Origin: Melioribacter sp.
Lineage (GTDB): Bacteria; Bacteroidota; Ignavibacteria; Ignavibacteriales; Melioribacteraceae
Direction: 5' to 3'
DNA: 64,000 nt
Assembly (NCBI GenBank): GCA_012026935.1
Contig: VEPI01000001.1
Coordinates: forward strand, 26,464 to 90,463
The notes under the pieces were generated by a model. It searched no databases. It was not told the DNA's origin and was given only the letters and a program-made list of their open reading frames with translations. A program made the position numbers and the translations under genes. This document shows positions 35,781-46,500 of this stretch, one piece after another (the first letter of the stretch is position 1; every line of letters starts with the position of its first letter).

Positions 35781-37307
35781 TCAACTTGAGTAAATAGTAT
35801 CTCTTACTTTATCGGTTATAGTTCTAAAATCAATTTTACCGCTTCCTGTCTTTGGCATTTCAGGCAAAACCACAAACTTGTACGGTAAGGCAATACTTGG
35901 AAGATGCTCAGACATTTTTTTCAAAGTTGTTTTTTCATCTATAGCTTGCGTAATTGCTGCAACAATTCTAGCACCGCGGATTGCATCAGGGACTTCAACA
36001 ACACAGCACTCAATTTCCGGTGGTAATATTTTTTCTAGAACATCTTCAACTTTAATTAACGAAATCATCTCTCCGCCAATTTTCAAAAACCGTTTTAATC
36101 TACCTACATGCCACAAGTAACCTTCAGCATCCATGTAGCCCATATCACCCGTATCATACCAACCGTGGCGCATACTCAAAGATGTCTGTTCGAAATCATC
36201 AAAGTAACCTTTCATAACATTATCGCCTTTAACCAAAATTTTACCAATCTCACCAGTCTTACACGCATCTCCGGTTTCATAATTTTCAACTCTAACCTGA
36301 ACACCATCAATTGGTCTTCCAACACTTCCGGGTCTATTAAATTCAAAATTATTCACAGTGATAGCCGGACTTGTTTCTGTTGCCCCATATGCTTCAAGTA
36401 ATATTTTATTATGCTCTCTAATAAATCCTTCTCTGAGTGCGTCCGGACATTTATCAGCACCCGTTAAAAGAATTCTTACCGATTCAAAATCTCCCGGCTT
36501 TGAACTTCGCAGATAACCCCAGAAGAATGTTGGCGTGCCGGCAACAATAGTTGTTTTTTCTTCACGAATTATATCGCAGATTTTTTTGAAGTCGAGCGGA
36601 TTAGCATAAGTTACAATTGTCATTCCTGTTGCCATCGGTACCCAAAGATTTGCTGTCTGCCCAAACGAATGAAAATATGGGAGGTTAGCTAGAAAAATAT
36701 CATCGGCAGAAAAAGTAAAAGCTTTAACAAGACTATCATAATTGGAAGAAATATTTTTATGTGTAAGCTGAACTGCTTTTGGATCTTTTTCACTGCCGCT
36801 GGTAAACAGTATTACTAATGTATCATCTTCATTCCCGCCATGAATACTTTTAAGAATCCTTTCTGTTGACGCACTTGCTTTTATTGCCGCCCTTAATTTG
36901 TTAAATATTGTAACCGACTTCATTATATCTTCAATGTAAACCATTCCTTCTACATGGGGACAATTAATTTTTTGACAGAGCGCTCTTGATGTAATAATAG
37001 TTTTAAATGCGCATTTTTTTTGAGCGAACCGGCAATTTAATTCGGCACCTGTTGAATAATTGATCATGACAGGAATACGTCCGCTCATAAGACTAGCAAT
37101 AACCGCAAGTACTGTTCCTGCAGAATTGGGCATCATTATACCTAAAAAACCCGGCGGATAAATTTGAAATTTCTTGGTGAGAATAAGCGAACCTATTAGT
37201 GCCCGCTTGTACGTAACTTGTCTGTTAAGTGTTTTATCTACAATCGCAAGTTTTTTTTCATATTGTTTTGCAATTCTTACAAACTGTTGATGGAATAACA
37301 TTATCAC
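35781..37307 (-). CDS. AMP-dependent synthetase/ligase (acyl-CoA synthetase family)
   Basis: 508 aa. Adenylation motifs: LFTSGSEKDPKAV, EAYGATETS, YDTGDMGYMD, and a C-terminal PKTGSGKI. Confidence 0.8.
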   Translation of the reverse strand: MIMLFHQQFVRIAKQYEKKLAIVDKTLNRQVTYKRALIGSLILTKKFQIYPPGFLGIMMPNSAGTVLAVIASLMSGRIPVMINYSTGAELNCRFAQKKCAFKTIITSRALCQKINCPHVEGMVYIEDIMKSVTIFNKLRAAIKASASTERILKSIHGGNEDDTLVILFTSGSEKDPKAVQLTHKNISSNYDSLVKAFTFSADDIFLANLPYFHSFGQTANLWVPMATGMTIVTYANPLDFKKICDIIREEKTTIVAGTPTFFWGYLRSSKPGDFESVRILLTGADKCPDALREGFIREHNKILLEAYGATETSPAITVNNFEFNRPGSVGRPIDGVQVRVENYETGDACKTGEIGKILVKGDNVMKGYFDDFEQTSLSMRHGWYDTGDMGYMDAEGYLWHVGRLKRFLKIGGEMISLIKVEDVLEKILPPEIECCVVEVPDAIRGARIVAAITQAIDEKTTLKKMSEHLPSIALPYKFVVLPEMPKTGSGKIDFRTITDKVRDTIYSS

Positions 37308-37532
37308 TCCTATTATTTGTATTGATATACCAATAACTATAACAGTAATTCTATATTTAAATCTGAACAGTCAGTAAATACTTAATCATACCAGGCTAAA
37401 TAAAAATATAAAGATGGTCTAACTTTGCACTTTTATACACATCTTTTTCCCTCGAAGAATTGTAGCGTCAATATGAGGTATTAATACTTAGTTAGCAATA
37501 AGAGAAATTAAGAAAATCAGTCCCGTATAAAC

Positions 37533-37561
37533 TTGTGCCTATGTAATAAATAATTTATTTT
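37533..37561 (+). promoter_or_regulatory. Candidate sigma70-type promoter for the thr leader (TTGTGC-17 nt-TATTTT)
   Basis: Hexamers and spacing were read directly. The AT-rich context makes chance matches likely. Confidence 0.3.
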
Positions 37562-37610
37562 AGCGGCAAATAAATCCGACTTTATTAATCACGATTAAAA
37601 AACAGATAAA

Positions 37611-37682
37611 ATGATTAGCACAATTAAGAATATGACGACAACAACGACAATGCATCTCCCTTTTAGACTGCCGGGCAAATAA
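37611..37682 (+). CDS. thrL: Threonine operon leader peptide (23 aa, MISTIKNMTTTTTMHLPFRLPGK)
   Basis: Short ORF not in the track. It has five consecutive Thr codons (ACG ACA ACA ACG ACA) at 37635-37649. It lies 110 nt upstream of thrA and is followed by a terminator. Confidence 0.7.
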   Translation: MISTIKNMTTTTTMHLPFRLPGK

Positions 37683-37708
37683 TAAAATTTACTAAAAAGA
37701 AGATTATT

Positions 37709-37736
37709 GACCCCGCAGTAAGCGGGGTTTTTTATT
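37709..37736 (+). terminator. Attenuator terminator between the thr leader and thrA
   Basis: CCCCGC-AGTAA-GCGGGG followed by T6 (37711-37733). It sits in a 5' UTR, 58 nt before the thrA ATG. Confidence 0.8.
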
Positions 37737-37791
37737 GTAGTAAAGTTAGGTATGACATTGGTTCATATAATTAATAGATAAAAGAAAAATT

Positions 37792-40251
37792 ATGAGAATA
37801 TTAAAATTTGGCGGTTCGTCCGTAGGCACTCCGGAAAGAATTAATGACGTCATTAATATCCTGAGGAACTATTTAACTAGGGGAATTGAAATTGGTGTTG
37901 TGTTCTCAGCTTTTCAAAGTGTTACAGATAAATTAATATCATTAAGCAAACAAACGTTAGGACGGAATGAATCCTACAAAAACGAATTGGAACAAACGAA
38001 ACAAATTCATATTAACGCTATTGATTATCTCTTAGAAGAAAAAAAAGAAAAGATTGCTGTTGGTAAAAAAATTATTAAGCTGTTCGTTGAGCTCGAAGAA
38101 ATTTTAAACGGTGTTTATTTGGTAAAAGAACTTACACCGCGTACTTTAGATTACATAATGAGTTTTGGCGAAAGACTTTCCTGCACTATTATTTCAGAAG
38201 TGATGAATTGTAAAGGAATTGAAACAGAATTTTTAGACAGCAGATTGCTGATCAAAACCGATGATTTATTTGGTAATGCAAAGGTTAACTTCGACATAAC
38301 AAACAAAAACATTGCAGATTATTTTTCGACTCATAAAAAAATTCAAATCATAACCGGCTTTATTGGTACAACAGAAAGAAACGAAACAACCACTTTAGGA
38401 AGAGGCGGTTCCGATTATTCGGCATCAATTTTCGGCGCTGCGTTGAATGCCGAAGAAATTGAAATATGGACAGATGTTGACGGTATTCTTACAGCCGATC
38501 CTAAAAAAGTTACCGATGCTTTTTCCTTGAATGCAGTAACCTACGAAGAAGCAATGGAGATGTCGCACTTCGGCGCAAAAGTTATACATCCGCCCACCAT
38601 GAAACCGGCATTGAATAAAAAAATTCCAATCAGAATTAAAAATACTTTTAACCCATCATTTGAAGGAACCGAAATATCCGAAAGTAATTCTGAAAGTAAT
38701 TTTACTGTTAAAGGTATTTCTTCAATTGATGAAATTACTTTGCTTAGAATAACCGGGAGCGGAATGGTCGGTGTAGTGGGAATTGCTTCAAGAATATTCG
38801 GTTCACTTGCAAGAGCAAGTATTAATGTAATGTTAATTACTCAGGCTTCGTCCGAGCACAGCATTTGTTTTGCCGTATTACCACAACAAGGCAGTCATTC
38901 CAAAAAATTGATAGAAGAAGAATTTAAATGGGAAATACGTGATGGAATAATAGATGAAGTTATTATTGAATCCGGAATGTCAATCATAGCTGTTGTCGGA
39001 GAGAATATGCGCCACACACCTGGTATTTCCGGAAAAGTATTTCAGGCACTTGGGAAAAATGGAATAAACATAATTGCCATTGCTCAAGGTTCATCGGAAC
39101 TTAATATCTCACTGGTTATTCAGAAAGAAAATCTGAAAAAAGCTATGAATGTTTTGCATAGTTCGCTTTTTTTGTCTAAACATAAATCCTTAAACTTGTT
39201 TTTGATAGGTCCCGGCAAAGTTGGCGGTGCATTTTTAAAACTGATCTTGGAAAGAAATTTGTACGTGTCGGAACATATTCATACAAATATTAAAGTTGTT
39301 GGTATTATGAATAAACGGAAAATGTTCTTTGATGAAAATGGTGTTGACATATATAATTGGAAAACACAACTTGAAAACTCTAGTCAAGAATCCAACATTG
39401 AAAAATTTATTGCCCATATGCAGAAAATGAACATGCAGAACTCTATTCTCGTTGATTGTACTGCTAATGATGATGTTGTTAAGTATTATCAAGAAATTTT
39501 AAGCTCCAATTTTTCAATTGTAACCCCCAATAAGATAGCTAACACTCAAAGCTACAATCAATTTATTGAATTAAGAGCAGCCGCAAAAAAACATAATGTT
39601 GAGTTTAGATATGGAACAAATGTCGGGTCTGCTCTCCCGATTATCAATACGCTAAAAGATTTGGTTGCCAGCGGAGATGAGATAATTAAAATTGAAGGAA
39701 TATTTTCCGGCACGCTTAGTTTTATATTCAATACTTTGAAAGAGAAAGACAGTTTCAGTGAAGTTGTTCAGATCGCACAAAAAAGAGGTTATACCGAACC
39801 CGATCCGCGTGATGATTTGAGCGGATTGGATATGGCAAGAAAACTTTTGATTTTGATCCGGGAGTCCGGAGTTCAATTCGAACTAAAAAATATTAAAATC
39901 GAAAAATTAATTTCTGCCGAAACTGAAAATGCTAAAAGTCTAAATGAGTTTTATGAAAAATTGAAAAATGATGATGTAAATATAATTCGAAGGAAGAAAA
40001 ATGCCGAAAGACAAAATTGCGTTTTAAGTTACATTGCAAAATATGAAAACGGTTCTGCAAGTTTATCAATCGAAGAGATTGATAAGAATCATCCCTTTGC
40101 TTCTTTAACAAACAGCGAGAACATAGTTGCATTCACAACAAAAAATTATAAAAGAAATCCGCTTATAATTCGCGGACAAGGTGCAGGTGCAGATTTTACG
40201 GCAGTCGGAATTCTTTCCGACATTTTAAGAATTTCAAATTATCTTGGATAA
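37792..40251 (+). CDS. thrA: Bifunctional aspartokinase / homoserine dehydrogenase
   Basis: 819 aa. It has an aspartokinase N-terminus (KFGGSSVG), ACT region and a C-terminal NAD-binding homoserine dehydrogenase (LIGPGKVGGAF). Confidence 0.95.
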   Translation: MRILKFGGSSVGTPERINDVINILRNYLTRGIEIGVVFSAFQSVTDKLISLSKQTLGRNESYKNELEQTKQIHINAIDYLLEEKKEKIAVGKKIIKLFVELEEILNGVYLVKELTPRTLDYIMSFGERLSCTIISEVMNCKGIETEFLDSRLLIKTDDLFGNAKVNFDITNKNIADYFSTHKKIQIITGFIGTTERNETTTLGRGGSDYSASIFGAALNAEEIEIWTDVDGILTADPKKVTDAFSLNAVTYEEAMEMSHFGAKVIHPPTMKPALNKKIPIRIKNTFNPSFEGTEISESNSESNFTVKGISSIDEITLLRITGSGMVGVVGIASRIFGSLARASINVMLITQASSEHSICFAVLPQQGSHSKKLIEEEFKWEIRDGIIDEVIIESGMSIIAVVGENMRHTPGISGKVFQALGKNGINIIAIAQGSSELNISLVIQKENLKKAMNVLHSSLFLSKHKSLNLFLIGPGKVGGAFLKLILERNLYVSEHIHTNIKVVGIMNKRKMFFDENGVDIYNWKTQLENSSQESNIEKFIAHMQKMNMQNSILVDCTANDDVVKYYQEILSSNFSIVTPNKIANTQSYNQFIELRAAAKKHNVEFRYGTNVGSALPIINTLKDLVASGDEIIKIEGIFSGTLSFIFNTLKEKDSFSEVVQIAQKRGYTEPDPRDDLSGLDMARKLLILIRESGVQFELKNIKIEKLISAETENAKSLNEFYEKLKNDDVNIIRRKKNAERQNCVLSYIAKYENGSASLSIEEIDKNHPFASLTNSENIVAFTTKNYKRNPLIIRGQGAGADFTAVGILSDILRISNYLG

Positions 40252-40255
40252 GATT

Positions 40256-41305
40256 ATGAAAAAAAACAAAGTTGCTATACTTGGAGCTACAGGAAGTGTT
40301 GGACAGAAATTTATTGAGCTGCTTTCAAATCATCCTTGGTTTGAAATTGATGAGCTTGCCGCTTCGGATAAATCTGCGGGTAAAAAATACAGTGATGCTG
40401 TCAATTGGGTAATGCAAATACCGCTTGATAAAAAAATTGCCGGGATGGATGTGAAAAAATGTGAACCGGTATTAAATTCAAAAATAGTTTTTTCTGCGCT
40501 TGATGCTTCTGTTGCCGGAACAATAGAGGAAGATTTTGCTAAAGCCGGATATATTGTAATTTCCAATGCGCGCAATCATCGTTTTGATGATGATGTTCCA
40601 TTGATGGTTCCTGAAATAAATTCGAATCATTTAGAGATTATAAAAATTCAAAAGTTCGAAAAAGGCGCAATAGTAACCAATCCAAATTGTTCTACAATCG
40701 GACTTGTAATGGCGCTTAAACCTTTAGATGATGAATTTGGAATTGAATCTGTAAATGTTGTTACAATGCAGGCTATTTCCGGCGCTGGTTATCCGGGTGT
40801 TCCAAGTATGGATATTATTGATAATGTTATTCCATTTATCGGCGGTGAAGAAGATAAAATGGAAATTGAACCGAAAAAAATTCTTGGAAAAATAACCGGC
40901 GGGAAAATAAACTATGCTACTATTACTATTAGTGCTCAGTGTAATCGTGTAAGTGTGATTGACGGACATACAGAATGCGTTCAAGTAAAATTGAAAAAGA
41001 AGACTTCGAAAGAAGAGATAATCAAAGCATGGAATAATTTTTCGGCTGAACCGCAAAAATTGAAATTACCTTCGGCTCCCGAGAAACCTATTATTTATTT
41101 AGAAGATGAGAAATATCCGCAGCCGCGTATCCATAGAAATCTTGGTAAAGGTATGTCGGTTTCAATCGGAAGATTGCGGGAGTGTTCTCTATTCGATTAT
41201 AAATTTGTTATTCTCTCTCACAATACAATTAGAGGCGCAGCAGGCGGAACAATTCTAATTGCGGAATTAATGAAATCAAAAGGTTATCTGGATAAATACT
41301 TATGA
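40256..41305 (+). CDS. asd: Aspartate-semialdehyde dehydrogenase
   Basis: The track ORF starts at TTG 40244. The ATG at 40256 gives MKKNKVAILGATGSVGQ. Active-site NPNCSTIG. Confidence 0.9.
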   Translation: MKKNKVAILGATGSVGQKFIELLSNHPWFEIDELAASDKSAGKKYSDAVNWVMQIPLDKKIAGMDVKKCEPVLNSKIVFSALDASVAGTIEEDFAKAGYIVISNARNHRFDDDVPLMVPEINSNHLEIIKIQKFEKGAIVTNPNCSTIGLVMALKPLDDEFGIESVNVVTMQAISGAGYPGVPSMDIIDNVIPFIGGEEDKMEIEPKKILGKITGGKINYATITISAQCNRVSVIDGHTECVQVKLKKKTSKEEIIKAWNNFSAEPQKLKLPSAPEKPIIYLEDEKYPQPRIHRNLGKGMSVSIGRLRECSLFDYKFVILSHNTIRGAAGGTILIAELMKSKGYLDKYL

Positions 41306-42237
41306 AACCAAAAAGTATAAAAGTTATTGTACCTGCAACTGTATCCAACGTTGGTCCCGGATTCGACATAATGGGTTTTGCAATTAATACCCCAATCGAG
41401 GAAATGGTTCTACGCCTTATAGATAAACCGGGAATTAAAATTTCAAGAGTTACCGGTGATAAAAACGGATTACCGCTTGATATCAAAAAAAATACTGCAA
41501 CTGTTGCATTAAAACATATGATTTCAATGCTGAATATAAATCTTGGAATAGAACTAGAGATTAGAAAAAAAATAATTTCAGGCAGCGGACTTGGCTCAAG
41601 TGCTGCAAGTGCTGTTGCCGCTCCATTCGCTTTAAATGAATTATTGGGAAAACCATTTTCAAAACATGAATTAATGGAGTTTGCACTTCTCGGTGAGAAA
41701 ATTGCATCGGGATCAATTCATGCGGATAACGTTGCACCATGTTTGTTCGGAGGATTCATTTTAATCCGCGGATACAACCCGACTGATATTGTTCAATTAT
41801 CGTCACCTAAAAATTTATATTGTACAATTCTTCATCCGCAATTTGAAATAAAAACCAGCGAAGCAAGAAAATTGATAAAGAGAAATTATTCACTTAAAGA
41901 CGTAATAACTCAAACCGGTAATGCGGCCGGATTGGTTACTGGAATTCTAAAAAGCGATTATAAATTGATTAAACGTTCGCTTAATGATTTGATTGCAGAA
42001 CCAGCGCGCGCAAAATTAATTCCGGGTTTTTACGAAATAAAAAATGCAGCAATGGAAAGCGGTGCCATAGGTTGCAGTATTTCCGGATCTGGACCGGCAA
42101 TTTTCGCATTCAGCACTTCCGAAAAAGACGGAAGAAAAATTGGAAGTGTGATGAAAAAAGTATCTTCAAAATATTTCAAGAAAAGCAACGTTTATGTTTC
42201 TTCAATAAACACTGATGGTCCAAAGGTAATCGGCTAA
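41302..42237 (+). CDS. thrB: Homoserine kinase
   Basis: 311 aa with the GHMP kinase motif GSGLGSSAASAVA. It overlaps the asd stop by 4 nt. Confidence 0.9.
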   Translation: MKPKSIKVIVPATVSNVGPGFDIMGFAINTPIEEMVLRLIDKPGIKISRVTGDKNGLPLDIKKNTATVALKHMISMLNINLGIELEIRKKIISGSGLGSSAASAVAAPFALNELLGKPFSKHELMEFALLGEKIASGSIHADNVAPCLFGGFILIRGYNPTDIVQLSSPKNLYCTILHPQFEIKTSEARKLIKRNYSLKDVITQTGNAAGLVTGILKSDYKLIKRSLNDLIAEPARAKLIPGFYEIKNAAMESGAIGCSISGSGPAIFAFSTSEKDGRKIGSVMKKVSSKYFKKSNVYVSSINTDGPKVIG

Positions 42238-42238
42238 A

Positions 42239-43543
42239 ATGAAATATTTCAGCACACACAATCAAAATAATTTTGTTTCATTCAGAGAAGCTGTTTTGAA
42301 TGGACTTGCCCAAGACGGCGGACTTTTTATGCCGGAAATAATCCCATCATTTTCAAAATCATTTATAGAAAATCTTAATTCATTTTCTTTTAAGGAAATT
42401 GGAACTGAAACAGCAAAAAGATTTATTGGCGATGAAATTGATGATCAGAAACTTCATGAAATTATCGAGCGCTCACTTTATTTTCCTGCACCGATTGTTA
42501 ATCTAGATGAAAATACTCACGTACTAGAATTATTCCATGGACCGACTCTTGCATTCAAGGATTTCGGTGCCCAGTTTATGGCAAGAACAATGGAATATTT
42601 TGTAAAGGATTTGAATAAGGAACTAGCAATTCTTGTTGCTACCTCAGGCGATACCGGAAGTGCGGTTGCACATGGTTTCTATGGTGTCGAGGGAATTAAA
42701 GTATATCTGCTTTACCCCAGCGGTAAGGTAAGCAGCATTCAGGAAAAGCAATTAACAACTCTTGATAAAAATATAACAGCATTAGAAATCCAAGGCACGT
42801 TCGATGATTGTCAGGATCTCGTCAAGAAAGCATTTACTGATAACTATCTTAAAAATAAATTGAATTTAAGTTCGGCAAACTCAATTAATATAGTCCGCTT
42901 GATTCCGCAATCATTCTATTATATAAATGCCATTAAGCAATTGAAACAGAACAAAAATAAAATTGTGTTTTCTGTTCCCTCGGGAAATCTTGGAAATATC
43001 ACTGCAGGATTGATTGCAAAAAAAATGGGAATGCCGATTGACTTATTTATCGCAGCAACTAATTCAAATAATGTATTTACAAATTATTTATCAACCGGAA
43101 ATTTTGAACCGCGCAAATCCGTTCAAACGTTTTCAAATGCAATGGATGTTGGCAATCCAAGTAACTTTGAAAGAATAAGAATGTTATATGAAGACAATAT
43201 TGAAAAAATGAGAAACGAAATTGAGTCGCTTAGTTTTAATGATGAGAAAACAATTGACGGAATAAAAGAGGTTTATTCTAAATATGGTTACATAATTGAT
43301 CCTCACGGTGCAGTTGGCTATATGGCGCTTAAAAAATATTTAGATATACACAAACAGAACAAGATAGATTCGGTTATTGTAGAAACTGCTCATCCGGCAA
43401 AATTTAAGGAAGTTGTTGAGAATGCAATAAGTAAAGAAGTAAAAATTCCGCAGCGGCTGGCCGAATGTCTTAATAAAGAAAAAAAATCAATTGTTCTTGA
43501 TTCCAAATTTGAAACCTTTAAGGATTTTCTTTCCGCTAATTAA
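42239..43543 (+). CDS. thrC: Threonine synthase
   Basis: 434 aa with the PLP-lysine motif HGPTLAFKDFG. It starts 1 nt after thrB. Confidence 0.9.
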   Translation: MKYFSTHNQNNFVSFREAVLNGLAQDGGLFMPEIIPSFSKSFIENLNSFSFKEIGTETAKRFIGDEIDDQKLHEIIERSLYFPAPIVNLDENTHVLELFHGPTLAFKDFGAQFMARTMEYFVKDLNKELAILVATSGDTGSAVAHGFYGVEGIKVYLLYPSGKVSSIQEKQLTTLDKNITALEIQGTFDDCQDLVKKAFTDNYLKNKLNLSSANSINIVRLIPQSFYYINAIKQLKQNKNKIVFSVPSGNLGNITAGLIAKKMGMPIDLFIAATNSNNVFTNYLSTGNFEPRKSVQTFSNAMDVGNPSNFERIRMLYEDNIEKMRNEIESLSFNDEKTIDGIKEVYSKYGYIIDPHGAVGYMALKKYLDIHKQNKIDSVIVETAHPAKFKEVVENAISKEVKIPQRLAECLNKEKKSIVLDSKFETFKDFLSAN

Positions 43544-46500
43544 AAACTTCTAAAAGCCTGTTGTTAAATTGTTCATCATATATTTTAGTAAAATCTACTG
43601 CTTCAATTGCGCGAGGATAAATTTTTACAAAATTATTTTTTTCAATTTCCCAATTTTCCAATATTGATTCCGCAATCGTAGAACCGGTATGAAATTCATG
43701 ATTGACAAGATATTTATAAACCAAATCTTCATCAGGACGTTTAAGCTGATCAATTTTTACGTATTCTTTATTTAAATCTTTTTCCACTGATGATTGTTTA
43801 TTATAAATGAAAGCCACACCGCCGGTCATTCCAGCGCCGAAATTTTTACCGGTTTCTCCAAGTATAATTACTAATCCGCGGGTCATGTATTCACAACAAT
43901 GATTGCCGACACCTTCAACAACTGCTGCTGCACCGCTATTACGAACGGCAAAACGCTCGCCGGCCTTTCCGGCAATAAAAACTTCTCCACCGGTCGCACC
44001 ATATAATGCTACGTTTCCAATTATTGTATTCCCTTCAAGAGATTTTCTAATTGTCCGCGGAAATCTAATTGTAATCAAACCGCCGCTCATTCCTTTTCCA
44101 ACATAATCATTTGCAACGCCGCAATGACGTAGTTCAATATTATCTACAAGGAAAGCTCCAAGACTTTGTCCCGCTGCACCATTCAGCTGATATTGTATAG
44201 AACCTTTGAATTCTCCCGGACCATACAAAAACGAAATCAATCCGGAGATTCTGCTTCCTACAGCGCGGTCTGTGTTTTTTAATTTCCTATTCACAATCGC
44301 CCTGCCGTGAGTCATTATTGCAGGAAGAACTTCCTCATTTATCCCTTCCGAAAAATGCTGTTCGAACTTTGCTGCCGTGGCTCTTATTTTCTCTTTAGAA
44401 TTAAAAAAGAGATTATGTTTTTCATCTTTTGCCAATAGCGGGGTTAGATCAATATTTTTTTCTTCAAGTAATTTTTTGAACTGATTTTTCTCTTTCAATA
44501 AATCATTACGACCGATAATTTCATCAAGACTTTTAAATCCGGTCTCCGCAAGTATTGCTCTTATTTCTTCCGCAATATTTTTCATGTAGTTAACAAGATT
44601 TTCCGGTTTACCTTTGAATTTTTTTCTAAGCTCGGTGTCTTGTGTTGCAATTCCAGCAGGACAAGTATTAAGATGACATTGTCTAGCCATAACACATCCT
44701 AAAGCAACAAGAGCCGAAGTTCCAAAATCATATTCTTCGGCACCAAGCATTGCGGCTATAATTACACTGCGTGCGTTTTTCAATCCTCCGTCAATACGTA
44801 AAGTAACTTTATTCCTTAATCCGTTTTGTGTTAAAGTTCTATGAACCTCTGAAAGACCAATCTCCCACGGCAAGCCGGTATGTTTTAATGAACCAAGGGG
44901 ACTTGCACCGGTTCCGCCATCATTACCGCTAATTAAAATTGTATCAGCACCTGCTTTCACAACTCCGGATGCAATTATTCCTATTCCAAACTGTGATACA
45001 AGTTTTACACAAATATTTGCTCTTGGATTTACCTGCTTCAAGTCGTAGATCAACTGCGCAAGATCTTCTATACTATATATATCATGATGCGGCGGCGGCG
45101 AAATTAACGGCACACTCGGTGTTGTGTGTCTGTTATTTGCAATTGCAAGAGTTACTTTTTCTCCGGGAAGTTGTCCCCCTTCTCCGGGTTTCGCACCTTG
45201 TCCAATTTTAATTTGAATTTCTCTTGCCGCTGTTAAATAAGAAGTTGTTACTCCAAATCTTCCGCTTGCAATTTGTTTAGTGTAGCAGTTTTCGCTTTTA
45301 TCAGGATTGGAAATGCTATAGCGGTCTTTCTGTTCGCCGCCTTCGCCGGTATTACTTCTTATTCCAAGAATTGTTGCCGCACGTGCAAGTGTTCTGTGTG
45401 TTTCCTCGGAAATAGCCCCAAATGAAATTGCGCCAAGTCCAAACTTTTTTAATATCTGTTCAGCTGATTCAATTTCTTCTAACTTAACATTGTTTAATTT
45501 TTTTGATTCAAGAAAATCTCGTAAGTAAACCGATTGTTCCTCATCTTTAACTATAATATTTTTATTTTGAGAAACGTTATGAATTTTTTTGAACTCAGTC
45601 GGAGAAAATCCGTGAGCTTCACCGCCTTTCCTAAATCTAAATCTTCCAACTTCATCTAATTCAAGATTATTTGAGAATGCTTTTTTGCTTTTATTCAGAA
45701 GGGATTTTTTTAAGGCATCAAGATCAATTCCGCCCAAAGCACTTTTAATAGAAGGAAAATATCCGTCTATTAGTGTTTGTGAAATTCCAATTGAATGGAA
45801 CAACATGCTTCCATGATAACTGCTAACGGTAGAAATTCCCATCTTTGCCATAATTTTAAGAAGACCTTTTTCCAAAGCATTACGGTAATTGCTGAGTTTC
45901 CCTATCCAATCTTCATCTGCAAAATTTTCTCTGATTAATTCATATGCCATGTAAGGATATACAGCGCTTGAACCGAATGCAACCAAAGCCGCAACATGAT
46001 GATCTTCAATTACATCACCGGTAAAACTCAACAGTGCACAATTATTTCTTAATTTTTTCTTAATTAAATATTGATGAACTGCCGATACAACCAAGAGCAT
46101 TGGTATCGGAACTTGATTTGGTTGTAATCCTTCATCTGAAAGAAAAATAATTTTTGTTCCATTGATTACAGCATTCTCGCATTCCGTTCTTATTTCCTCA
46201 ATCCTTTTTGAAAGATTGTCTTCAATATTAAGATGACATTTTACAATAACGTGCGGGAACCAATAATGTTTTTCAAGAAGGAGTTTTACTTCACGCGGGG
46301 AAAGAACAGGACTGTCAATTCTTATTGCACCGCTAAATGTATTGGAATAATTAAGAAGATCACTTTCACTTCCAATATATCTATATAAACTCATTACATA
46401 TCTTTCGCGTATCGAATCAATAGACGGATTTGTTACCTGAGCAAATTGCTGTTTGAAGTAATCATAGAATTTTCTGCTTTGTGTTGAAATAAAAGCCGGC

